Of a stretch of 64,000 nt of DNA, positions 18,373-27,077 are shown one piece after another. The notes beneath the pieces were generated by a model that saw only the letters and a list, made by a program, of their open reading frames with translations, searched no databases and was not told the origin of the DNA. The stretch comes from Opitutaceae bacterium (GTDB lineage Bacteria; Verrucomicrobiota; Verrucomicrobiia; Opitutales; Opitutaceae). The stretch's first letter is position 1, and each line of letters starts with the position of its first letter. The DNA is taken from contig JBNKFW010000017.1 of NCBI GenBank assembly GCA_050289505.1, positions 13,783 to 77,782 on the forward strand. The letters are read 5' to 3'. Both the position numbers and the translations under genes were made by a program.

Positions 18373-18390
18373 AACTTAATACTCATAGCT

Positions 18391-18963
18391 ATGCCCAAAG
18401 GAAATATTTCAACGCGCTCCGGCGACAAAGGAACTACTGGTGTTGGCGGCGGCGGTCGCGTCGACAAGGATGATGCTCGTATCGAGGCTCTAGGAGACTT
18501 GGACGAGGCCAACAGCACGCTTGGCGTCTTGCGTAGTCTTTTGCCGCCTGAGCACGATTGGGAGGCGGGATTGCAACGTATCCAGACTGAGATGATGAAT
18601 TTGATGGGGCATGTCGCAACGCCGTCGACTTCGGAGCGTCAGCCCTCGATTCCCTTGCCGGACGAGTCGTCGTTGTGGATGGAAGCGTGGATGGCTGATA
18701 TCGAAGCGAGCTTGGCGGATACGACCGAGTATTTTCTGTTGCCTGGTGGAAATCAAATCTCCGCTCAATGCCATATCGCCCGCACCGTGGCTCGCCGAGC
18801 GGAGCGGCGTCTGGTGACGCTTAACAAGGCGGACCCTGTGGCTCCGAGTATTCTCATGTTCGTGAATCGCCTGTCGGACTTGATGTTCAAGCTCGCGCGG
18901 CAGGAAACGCATCGTAAGGGACTTACGGAAGACCGTTGGCGTTTGTTTAAGACAAAACGCTAA
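18391..18963 (+). CDS. Cob(I)alamin adenosyltransferase, PduO type
   Basis: STRSGDKGTT, RIEALGDLDEANS, CHIARTVARRAER and VNRLSDLMF. Confidence 0.93.
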   Translation: MPKGNISTRSGDKGTTGVGGGGRVDKDDARIEALGDLDEANSTLGVLRSLLPPEHDWEAGLQRIQTEMMNLMGHVATPSTSERQPSIPLPDESSLWMEAWMADIEASLADTTEYFLLPGGNQISAQCHIARTVARRAERRLVTLNKADPVAPSILMFVNRLSDLMFKLARQETHRKGLTEDRWRLFKTKR

Positions 18964-19013
18964 TCGCTGCCAGTGGTGATGGGAGTTATGAGGATTTGGC
19001 AAAGCGGTCGCGG

Positions 19014-19047
19014 GCTTCCTCCTTCGCCAAGGCTACGGCGGACGCGA
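19014..19047. repeat. Short palindromic element (second copy), inserted in the loop of a hairpin
   Basis: GCTTCCTCCTTCGCCAAGGCTACGGCGGACGCGA, flanked by CGCGGGCTT and AAGCCTCGCG. Confidence 0.85.
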
Positions 19048-19088
19048 AAGCCTCGCGCTATGGGCGGCGGGATCCGTTTACTGTTTAG

Positions 19089-20543
19089 ATGAAAGCAATA
19101 TCTGTGCTGGGAACTTCCTCGAATGCGGGGAAGAGCTGGATGGCGACGGCGCTCTGCGCGTGGCTGCGAAAGCAGGGCGTGAAGGTCGCTCCTTTTAAGG
19201 CTCAGAATATGGCGAACAATGCTTTCGCGACCCTTGGTGGCGGTGAAATCGGAGTGGCGCAGGCGGTGCAGGCGGAAGCGTGCGGCTTGGTGCCGCGGGT
19301 GGAGATGAATCCCATCTTGCTTAAGCCCAATGGTCCGGACGGAGCTCAGATCGTGCGGCTCGGCGTGGCTGGAGAAACGCGGGCGGCTCGCGGCTACTAT
19401 GACACGATCGAAGATTCGTGGCGAACGGTACGAGAGACCTTGGATGGTTGGAAGTCCGACTGCGATGTGCTGGTGATGGAAGGGGCTGGAAGTCCGGTAG
19501 AGCTGAACCTGATGGATCGGGATATCGTGAATCTACGGCCGGTCGAGTATTTGGATGGGCGATGGCTACTCGTATCCAATATCGAATACGGCGGCGTATT
19601 TGCTCAAATTTTTGGGACCTGGGGGCTTTTGCCTCCGGAAATGCAAGCTCGAGGTCTCGGCGTGGTGGTGAATCGGTTTCGGGGTGATATGAGCTTGTTC
19701 GACGAGGCTCGCTCCGAAATCGAATCGCGGATCGCGCTGCCGTATCTGGGAGTATTGCCTTTTGATGCAAGCCTCGCGATTGACGATGAAGATAGTTTGA
19801 ACGCTTCTGTGCAACGCCCGCAATCGGGCGTTCCGTATATCGCGTGGGTGAAGTATCCCCGGATTTCGAATACACAGGACCAGTTGCCGTGGCAAAATGA
19901 TGAAGGGGTTGATTCGCTCTGGACGACCTCGCCGGAGGTTTTGCGGGATGCGGCAGCGATCGTATTGCCTGGAAGCAAGAACACGCTAGCGGATTTAGCG
20001 TGGCTGAAGGCGTCGGGGCTGGTTGCTCCCATTGTCGAAGCGGCAGCCCGTGGGCGTCCGGTGGTGGGGATTTGCGGGGGGAAGCAGATGCTGGGAAAGC
20101 GGCTTGTCGATCCGCTGGCGGGCGTCACGGAAGAAGGCCTCGGGCTTTTGCCGATCGAAACGGAGTTTTTGGCGGAGAAACGGGTGGTTCGAAACGAAGC
20201 CCGTTTGGGGAACGATACTTGGGAAACCTTTGAAATCCATACCGGAGAAAGCCGCGGCAAGCCGTCGGCTTTGACCGGAAACCTCCTGGAAGTTCGCAAG
20301 GCCGGAGAAGGCGAGTTTCGAGTGGATGGACTGAGATGCGGCAAGGTTTGGGGAAGCTATCAGCACGGACTTTTTGATGGGGCGGCGACACGCAAGCTGC
20401 TTTTGGCGGAGGCTGGATTGGCGGACGCGAAGGTGTGTTCGCTCGACTGGCGGAAGAAACGTCGGGTCGTTTACGATCGCATGGCAGAGGCGCTAGAGCA
20501 GCACCTCGATCTGGATAACGTGAAGCGCTACCTGGGCTTGTAG
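19089..20543 (+). CDS. cobQ: Cobyric acid synthase CobQ/CbiP
   Basis: GTSSNAGKS, PFKAQNM, MNPILLKP, EGAGSPVE, LPGSKNT and ICGG. Confidence 0.95.
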   Translation: MKAISVLGTSSNAGKSWMATALCAWLRKQGVKVAPFKAQNMANNAFATLGGGEIGVAQAVQAEACGLVPRVEMNPILLKPNGPDGAQIVRLGVAGETRAARGYYDTIEDSWRTVRETLDGWKSDCDVLVMEGAGSPVELNLMDRDIVNLRPVEYLDGRWLLVSNIEYGGVFAQIFGTWGLLPPEMQARGLGVVVNRFRGDMSLFDEARSEIESRIALPYLGVLPFDASLAIDDEDSLNASVQRPQSGVPYIAWVKYPRISNTQDQLPWQNDEGVDSLWTTSPEVLRDAAAIVLPGSKNTLADLAWLKASGLVAPIVEAAARGRPVVGICGGKQMLGKRLVDPLAGVTEEGLGLLPIETEFLAEKRVVRNEARLGNDTWETFEIHTGESRGKPSALTGNLLEVRKAGEGEFRVDGLRCGKVWGSYQHGLFDGAATRKLLLAEAGLADAKVCSLDWRKKRRVVYDRMAEALEQHLDLDNVKRYLGL

Positions 20544-20615
20544 TGCTCGAGTGGATTCATTTGGAAGCGCTTAAGCTCCGCGTCGATTAGCGAAGTTTTA
20601 GGGAAACATTAGGAC

Positions 20616-20629
20616 TTGATCTAAATCAA
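20616..20629. promoter_or_regulatory. FNR/Crp-family binding site
   Basis: Exact TTGAT-CTAA-ATCAA upstream of the anaerobic ribonucleotide reductase. Confidence 0.8.
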
Positions 20630-20643
20630 GGCAATGAGCGGGA

Positions 20644-20690
20644 AGCCTGTATATTGTGGTTGTTTGAAAAACCACCACAACATATTGGGT
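20644..20690. promoter_or_regulatory. Tandem NrdR boxes
   Basis: AGCCTGTATATTGTGG (20644-20659) and CCACAACATATTGGGT (20675-20690) match acaCwAtATaTwGtgt, with starts 31 bp apart. Confidence 0.8.
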
Positions 20691-20703
20691 TTAATCCTGC
20701 AAA

Positions 20704-22908
20704 ATGAAAAATACAGTAACTACCTCACATTCCCCATCCTCCCTCGTTGACTACAAACTTTCCGACCGTCTTTTGGGTCACCTAAAGCTCGCGTTGAACA
20801 AGAGCTCGACTCCGTTCTCGGCGGAACTTTACGCCAATATCGCCCAGAGCATGCAAGCGGGGGCGGAAGGCGACACCTTGCTTAGCGAATACGAAGTGGC
20901 GGAGCGCGAACTGGCAAATCTCGGAATGCTCAAGGCGCTGAAGGCGTTTTGGGAATCCACGCGCGAAGAGTCAAACGGGGAGACGCTTCGCGATGGTCGC
21001 GACTCCTTGGTCAGCGTTAAGCAAACGATCGAAGAGTATATCAACAAGGTCGACTGGCGCATCAATGCGAATGCGAACGTCGGCTACAGCCACGCCGGTC
21101 TTATCAACCAATCGGCGGGCAAGCTGGTGGCGAACTATTGGCTCGATCAGATTTACACGGAAGAAGAGGGCGAGGCGCATCGCTCGGCTGACTACCATAT
21201 CCACGATTTGGATAATTTGGCAGGTTATTGCGCGGGCTGGAGCCTGCGGGTTTTGCTCGACGAAGGCTTTAACGGAGTAGACGGGCGTGTCTCGAGTCGC
21301 CCCGCCAACCACTTCAAGGAAGCGCTTGGGCAGATGGCCAATTTCCTAGGGATTCTGCAGTCCGAGTGGGCGGGAGCGCAGGCGTTTAGTTCCTTCGATA
21401 CTTATCTAGCTCCGCTCTTGTTCAAGGACCAGCTCAGTTTCGAAGATACCAAGAAGGCGATCCGTAGTTTCGTCTACAATCTTAATGTACCCGCTCGTTG
21501 GGGACAAAGTCCTTTCACGAACATCACGCTCGATTTTACGCCGCCCAAGGATCTTTCGACACAGTATCCAAGCAGAAATTACCGTCACCTCTTCGAAAAC
21601 GTTAAGGACGAGGAGCTCGAAGCAATCGCTCGCGAACGCGGTGTGGAGAACTTGACGGATCTCCGCTATAAGCATTTTCAGAAGGAAATGGAGATGATCG
21701 ACGTCGCTTATTACGAGGTCATGACCGAGGGCGATAGTCACGAGCAACCGTTTACGTTTCCGATCCCAACGGTTAATATTACGGAGGATTTCGATTGGGA
21801 ATCTCCGGCAGCGGAAGCTCTGTTTGAGAATACGGCGAAAGTTGGGAATTCGTATTTCCAGAATTTTCTCGGAAGCCAGTGGATGCTGGACGAAGAGGGT
21901 AATAAGGTTGCCAATCCGGATGCGTATCAGCCCGACGCGGTACGCAGCATGTGTTGCCGCCTACAGCTCGACTTGAGGGAGTTGCTCAAACGTGGAAACG
22001 GCCTTTTCGGTTCCGCGGAAATGACCGGATCGATCGGCGTGGTGACGATTAACATGGCACGGCTCGGCTACCGTTTCCTAGGCGATTGGGATGGCTTGAA
22101 GGAAGAAACCATTCGGCTCATGGACTTGGCTCGGGACACGCTGGAGAAAAAGCGGGTGTTCGTGCAGAGCCTGTTTGATCGCGGACTGTTTCCGTACAGC
22201 AAGCGCTACCTTTCGCATTTTAGGAACCACTTCAGCACGATTGGGGTGAACGGTTTGAACGAGATGTTGAAGAACTTCTCGGACGGCCGTTTCGATATCG
22301 CGAATGAAGAAGGCATGAAGCATGCGATCGAGCTACTGGATATGGTACGAGATCGGATGAAGAAGTATCAGGAGGAAACGGGAAATCTCTATAACCTCGA
22401 GGCAACGCCTGCTGAAGGAACCACCTATCGTTTCGCCAAGGAAGACGCGAAACGCTACCCCGGGATCATTCAGTCCGGCAGCGGCGAGAATATTTATTAT
22501 ACCAATAGCAGCCAGCTTCCAGCCGGTTATACGGACGATCCGTTCTACGCTCTCGAAAAGCAGGACGAGCTGCAGTGCAAGTACACGGGCGGTACGGTGT
22601 TGCATCTGTATATGGACGAACGCCTCGAGAACGGCCGTTCCTGCGCGAAGTTCGTGAAGACCGCGTTGAGCAATTTCCGTTTGCCGTACTTGACTGTGAC
22701 TCCGGTTTTCTCGGTGTGTGACGATCATGGATACTTGAATGGAGAGCAACCCTGCTGCCCAAGTTGTGGCAAGGACACGCAGGTTTGGACGCGGGTGATG
22801 GGCTACCATCGGCCCGTGAGTAGCTTCAATCGCGGCAAGAAAGGGGAGCACGGCGAGCGCAAGCACTTCTCGCTTTCGGCGAACCCACACCTTCCGCTCT
22901 TCGAGTAA
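20704..22908 (+). CDS. nrdD: Anaerobic (class III) ribonucleoside-triphosphate reductase
   Basis: YHIHDLD, FTFPIPTVN, SMCCRL, LEATPAEG, Zn site CDDH...CPSC and glycyl-radical loop TRVMGY. Confidence 0.96.
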   Translation: MKNTVTTSHSPSSLVDYKLSDRLLGHLKLALNKSSTPFSAELYANIAQSMQAGAEGDTLLSEYEVAERELANLGMLKALKAFWESTREESNGETLRDGRDSLVSVKQTIEEYINKVDWRINANANVGYSHAGLINQSAGKLVANYWLDQIYTEEEGEAHRSADYHIHDLDNLAGYCAGWSLRVLLDEGFNGVDGRVSSRPANHFKEALGQMANFLGILQSEWAGAQAFSSFDTYLAPLLFKDQLSFEDTKKAIRSFVYNLNVPARWGQSPFTNITLDFTPPKDLSTQYPSRNYRHLFENVKDEELEAIARERGVENLTDLRYKHFQKEMEMIDVAYYEVMTEGDSHEQPFTFPIPTVNITEDFDWESPAAEALFENTAKVGNSYFQNFLGSQWMLDEEGNKVANPDAYQPDAVRSMCCRLQLDLRELLKRGNGLFGSAEMTGSIGVVTINMARLGYRFLGDWDGLKEETIRLMDLARDTLEKKRVFVQSLFDRGLFPYSKRYLSHFRNHFSTIGVNGLNEMLKNFSDGRFDIANEEGMKHAIELLDMVRDRMKKYQEETGNLYNLEATPAEGTTYRFAKEDAKRYPGIIQSGSGENIYYTNSSQLPAGYTDDPFYALEKQDELQCKYTGGTVLHLYMDERLENGRSCAKFVKTALSNFRLPYLTVTPVFSVCDDHGYLNGEQPCCPSCGKDTQVWTRVMGYHRPVSSFNRGKKGEHGERKHFSLSANPHLPLFE

Positions 22909-22937
22909 GCAAAGGAATTAGCTAAGCAAACAAGCTC

Positions 22938-23672
22938 ATGAATACTTGGAAGGATAGAGTTCCACTTGTATCGCTCACCACTTTTTCGCTTCAGGATTTT
23001 CCGGATCGTGCTGCGAGCATACTCTGGTTTACTGGATGCCAAATGGCCTGCCCGTATTGTCACAATCCCGATATGGCGACAGGGCAGGGAAAGCGTATCG
23101 ACGTGGATGATACGCTGGCGTTTTTGAGGCGTCGGCGTCCTTTGCTCGACGGGGTCACTTTTTCCGGTGGCGAGTGTCTTTTGACCTCCGCGGTGGTGCC
23201 GATGGTCCGTGCGGTGAAGGAGATGGGGTACGCAGTGAAGATCGATACCAATGGCGGCAAGCCCGAGCGCTTGGGCGAACTGATCGAAGCCGGTCTGATC
23301 GACTATGTCGCTTTGGACTTCAAGGCCCCGCTCGAGGAGTACGAGCGAGTGACGGGATGGCGGCATGCCGAACTTTGGATGCAGAGTTTCGACAAATTGC
23401 GATCGAGCGATATCGACTACGAACTGCGTACGACAGTGTATCCAGATATATTGGACGAAGAAGCGGTAAACGGAATGCTAGACTTCCTGGAAAAAGCAGA
23501 GTTTCGATCGAACTACTTTCTGCAGCACTTTCAGAAGGCGCCTCGGACCTTGGGCGGGCTGGGCGAGCCGAGTCGGCGTTTCGACTTGTCGCGACTGAAT
23601 TTAACGCGTCCGTTCCCGGTTCGTTTTCGGAATTTCTCGGCTCACGAGACGCGGGCTTACGTTGTAGCTTGA
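22938..23672 (+). CDS. nrdG: Anaerobic RNR activating enzyme (radical SAM)
   Basis: GCQMACPYCHNP, GVTFSGGE and KIDTNG. Immediately follows nrdD. Confidence 0.95.
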   Translation: MNTWKDRVPLVSLTTFSLQDFPDRAASILWFTGCQMACPYCHNPDMATGQGKRIDVDDTLAFLRRRRPLLDGVTFSGGECLLTSAVVPMVRAVKEMGYAVKIDTNGGKPERLGELIEAGLIDYVALDFKAPLEEYERVTGWRHAELWMQSFDKLRSSDIDYELRTTVYPDILDEEAVNGMLDFLEKAEFRSNYFLQHFQKAPRTLGGLGEPSRRFDLSRLNLTRPFPVRFRNFSAHETRAYVVA

Positions 23673-23740
23673 GTGGGGTTGGGGACGGAAGGCTGGTTCC
23701 TTGGGCGGGCGGTTGGCGTTTTTGGGTGTAATTCCCGACA

Positions 23741-24049
23741 GCTGCCCGCGGAGCGGCCAGCCCACCTGGAGTGGTGTCAGCTAAGTGATACATTGAGGAA
23801 TTGTTCTCTTAATTCCTGTAGGTCGCCTCGCTGAGGCGACAGTCCTTATTAGGTGGCGGGTCGCCGCCCAGCCCTACAATCTCAAAAATCAATGATTCCT
23901 AAGTGGCCCAATTTCGAAACCAACTGGTCTGACACCACAGCTGGAGCATTTTTCTTTAAGTTAGTCGCAAAAGGGTGGGTCGACTTCTCCGAAGACGACT
24001 TTCTGGAAGGTCAATACCCAGAGCGTCTTCGGAGAAGCCGCGCCACCCT
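23741..24049. repeat. Cluster of REP-like palindromes, including two inverted doublets
   Basis: 23741-23766 (family shared with 6796-6820 and 55401-55425). GTAG...CTAC doublet at 23818-23877. Inverted pair at 23972-23998 and 24024-24049. Confidence 0.75.
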
Positions 24050-24197
24050 CCTTGACTGTTTCTAACCGACTTGATGGACGACTGGCTAAACGAAAAAATG
24101 CGCTAGGATCTCGAATATGCGTTTAGCTATGTGGGAGCGCTCTGTTATCGCGGCGCAAGGCCGCTTCCCACAAGAGAGTCTGGGGCGAGCTGCAGCG

Positions 24198-24707
24198 CTA
24201 CTTGATGCGTTTGACGGGACACGTTTGGCGATAGCCGTCAATGCGGAGGCGGTAGCCGCCGAGGGACTTTTGGACCGTTACTTTAGGATTCTCGGTGGGA
24301 GAGTATTTTTGCACATCGGTGATGCGCTGCTGCCAGACCTGGCCGTTTTCGAGGTGGAAGACGGTTTCGCCGTACCAGCCATTGAAAGTGCCCACGATGC
24401 GGGATTCGATTTTCTTCGGAGCTTTGCTCACGTCGACAGCGACTTGTTCCTTGCCGACGAGGTCGTCGTGGCTTGATGGCTTCGCTTTCGGCGCCTCTGC
24501 TGGGGACGAGCTTGCTGGGGCTGGGGGCTGCTCGGCTTCGTTTTGGCGGTTCCAGAGGGCATTGAGATTGGCCAGCTCTTCGGGGGTGAGTTTTTGCAGG
24601 CCGGCGGATTCGAATTCCTCAGTGGTAAGCGTATCGGTGAGATCGGTGGCGAATAACAGCGATAGCGGAAGGGTCGCGAGTAGGAGCAGGAAACGAAACA
24701 GGTTCAT
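24198..24707 (-). CDS. Hypothetical secreted protein
   Basis: Signal peptide, LTTEEFESAGLQKLTPEELANLN segment, and C-terminal FNGWYGETVFHLENGQVWQQ beta domain. Confidence 0.8.
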   Translation of the reverse strand: MNLFRFLLLLATLPLSLLFATDLTDTLTTEEFESAGLQKLTPEELANLNALWNRQNEAEQPPAPASSSPAEAPKAKPSSHDDLVGKEQVAVDVSKAPKKIESRIVGTFNGWYGETVFHLENGQVWQQRITDVQKYSPTENPKVTVQKSLGGYRLRIDGYRQTCPVKRIK

Positions 24708-24958
24708 AGCGATCAGCTTAAGGTTCGAAGTTTGATGTGAGCTAAAATGGCAAAGAGAAAGGCGACGGCAAGCGCGGGTTGGTATTTCGCGTTTCGCGGC
24801 GGAATCGTAGCGTGCAATTTGCTCACTAACGTTGATTAGCTTATTGCACGGGAATGTTATGGGCGAGACGAGGTGGGGGTGATTTTTTTGGGGAATTTTT
24901 AGACGAAGATTCGCAGGGGTGGCGTTTTAGGATTAGAAATTGCTCGAGACCGTAGAAT

Positions 24959-25480
24959 TTGAACGAGACGAAACGACAGGACTGGGAAGCCCTCTACGAC
25001 GAGCGCGCTGGAAAAATGCTGCTTTTTGCAAAACAGTTTGTTGGTTGCTCGGCGACCGCCGAAGACATCGTGCAGGACGGTTTCTTGCGTTTTTGGAAGA
25101 GCCGCGGCTCTCATGCGGTGGAGAAGCTGGAGTCGCATCTTTATGGCTGCGTACGCTGGGCGGCCTTGGATTTTTTGCGGCGCAGCAAACGAGCTCGTCG
25201 ACGGGAGGAAAACTATGTCGCGGACGAAGTGGCAGTGACCGACAAGGGAGATTTCGTTTGTCCGGTGGAGGGACAGGAAACGGCGGAGATCGTAGAGTCC
25301 GCTTTGAGCAAGTTGCCGGCGGACCAGAGAGAAGTGGTGGTGCTCAAGGTATGGGCGGGGCTTACGCTGCAGGAGATCGGCGACGCCTTGGATATATCGC
25401 CCAATACGGCGGCATCGAGGTATCGCTACGCGCTCGGCGCATTGAGGAAGGAAGTGAGGATTTTTGACTATGCAGACTGA
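24959..25480 (+). CDS. ECF sigma-70 factor
   Basis: AEDIVQDGFLRFW (region 2) and LPADQREVVVLKVWAGLTLQEIG...NTAASRYRYAL (region 4). TTG start. Confidence 0.93.
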   Translation: MNETKRQDWEALYDERAGKMLLFAKQFVGCSATAEDIVQDGFLRFWKSRGSHAVEKLESHLYGCVRWAALDFLRRSKRARRREENYVADEVAVTDKGDFVCPVEGQETAEIVESALSKLPADQREVVVLKVWAGLTLQEIGDALDISPNTAASRYRYALGALRKEVRIFDYAD

Positions 25481-25994
25481 TGCGGATGAATTTGAAAAAC
25501 GTTTGAGCGAGCTCAAGCCGAAGGACCCGAGTGGGTTTTTGAAGGCTCGAATCGCCTCCCAGATGGAAGCTCTCGAATCGGGAGCGGCGTCGCCTCCTGC
25601 CGAAGCGGAGAAGCGGACGAGCAAGGTGGTTTGGGGTACGACGTTTACAGCCTTGGTCTCAGCAATGGCGGCGGTTTGGGCGGTGCTCCTGGTACTGGAC
25701 TTCCGTTCCGGGCCGCCGCAAATCGTTGGGGAAGTGGAGAGTGGAATGGCCGCGACCGGCCCTGGTTTGGGCGTGGCGACCTTTGACGTCGACGCGCGGC
25801 CGATTGAGCAATACGAGACCTTGGTGGGGGCTGAGCCGAGTGCGGTATATTATTTGGAAAACGGCCAGCCAGTGCAACGTGTGGCGCTTCGCTACAGAGA
25901 TACCGAGGTCTGGAAAATGGAAGACAGCGAGGAAACCTTTCTCGTGAGCACTTACCGGAACGAAATACGGGTGATTCCAGCTCAGTCTTTTTAG
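25470..25994 (+). CDS. Putative single-pass anti-sigma factor
   Basis: Overlaps the sigma factor 3' end. Short cytoplasmic N-terminus and one TM helix. Confidence 0.7.
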   Translation: MQTDADEFEKRLSELKPKDPSGFLKARIASQMEALESGAASPPAEAEKRTSKVVWGTTFTALVSAMAAVWAVLLVLDFRSGPPQIVGEVESGMAATGPGLGVATFDVDARPIEQYETLVGAEPSAVYYLENGQPVQRVALRYRDTEVWKMEDSEETFLVSTYRNEIRVIPAQSF

Positions 25995-26019
25995 GTAATT
26001 AAAGAACCGATACAAATTT

Positions 26020-26946
26020 ATGAAAAACAAAGGAATATTTGACTGGGCCCGCTTCGTTTTAACTGCGTTGACGGCGATCTGCCTCGCCAGCTTCGCGCAA
26101 GCGGAAGACGAGGGTGAGGAGTATGCGTACCTGGGCGTTTACGTGGAGAGCATCCCCGAAATGCTAGGCGAGCATCTTGGTTTACAGCCCGGAGTGGGCG
26201 TGGTGGTAGAGGGCGTGATCGAAGGCGGTCCGGCCGAGGTGGCGGGGCTGAAGAAAAACGACTTGCTGCTGAAATTCGACGACCAAATCCTGATCGGCAC
26301 GAAGCAGGCAGTGACGCTGGTTCGCATCAGCGAACCGGGCAGCGAGCACGTATTCAGTATCATGCGAAAGGGCGAGAAGCAGGAGCTCACGGTTAAGCTC
26401 GGGGCGAAGAAGAAATCGAAAGAGAAGAAGAAACCTGCGGATCAAAGTTCGGTCGCTCCGGCGGCTCCTGTTTTTCCTGCAATACCTAAAATCGAGAGCA
26501 AACATGCGATACGTTCGCTCAAGGGAATGGGCGGCGACGGAGAACGCATCGTATTCATCGGCGAGGGCGGCGAGATCGATATCGAGCGAAGCATGGAGTT
26601 GAACGAGGATATCGAAACCATGGTAGAGAGAGTTCAGTTGGCCGTGACGGAAGCGAATGGAATTTCGGCTCCAACTATCGTTGTTCAGGGAGAGGAGCGC
26701 GTTTTCGAGTTTCTGGATGACTCGGGAGCGAGCTATACGATAGTGGATTCGGATGGCGAAAGCCAACTGAGGATCGTGAATGCCGATGGTAAGGCTGAAT
26801 TCGAGGGCCTGTTGACTGACGACTCAATGACGATGCTGCCGGATTCGTTGCGCAAGGAATTGCCGCGTATCCAGAAAATGGTGCGTATCGAGAAATTGGA
26901 TGCTCCTGTTTGGGTTTCGGAAACTGAGAGCGAAGAATCTTTTTAG
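26020..26946 (+). CDS. Exported PDZ-domain protein
   Basis: Signal peptide and YLGVYV...GGPAEVAGLKKNDLLLKFD PDZ signature. No protease domain is visible. Confidence 0.85.
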   Translation: MKNKGIFDWARFVLTALTAICLASFAQAEDEGEEYAYLGVYVESIPEMLGEHLGLQPGVGVVVEGVIEGGPAEVAGLKKNDLLLKFDDQILIGTKQAVTLVRISEPGSEHVFSIMRKGEKQELTVKLGAKKKSKEKKKPADQSSVAPAAPVFPAIPKIESKHAIRSLKGMGGDGERIVFIGEGGEIDIERSMELNEDIETMVERVQLAVTEANGISAPTIVVQGEERVFEFLDDSGASYTIVDSDGESQLRIVNADGKAEFEGLLTDDSMTMLPDSLRKELPRIQKMVRIEKLDAPVWVSETESEESF

Positions 26947-26950
26947 AACT

Positions 26951-26975
26951 ATCGCGTGACAAGCACGCTCCCACA
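26951..26975 (-). repeat. GTGG-type REP-like sequence (copy 2)
   Basis: Identical to 18348-18372. Confidence 0.8.
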
Positions 26976-26994
26976 TCTGCAGTGGGCAGACGAC

Positions 26995-27034
26995 AAAAGG
27001 CCGGACACGCTTGAAACGTATCCGGCCTTTTTTT
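26995..27034. terminator. Bidirectional Rho-independent terminator
   Basis: AAAAGGCCGGA...TCCGGCCTTTTTTT between convergent genes. Confidence 0.85.
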
Positions 27035-27077
27035 GTTTGAGGATTGTCAGGCGGAGCGAGGACTCCGCCTGATGCGC

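Noticed and set aside
10505-23672. Functional link between the B12 cluster and the adjacent RNR
   Set aside because: The RNR is class III (B12-independent) and has its own FNR-type and NrdR sites, so the adjacency is probably incidental.
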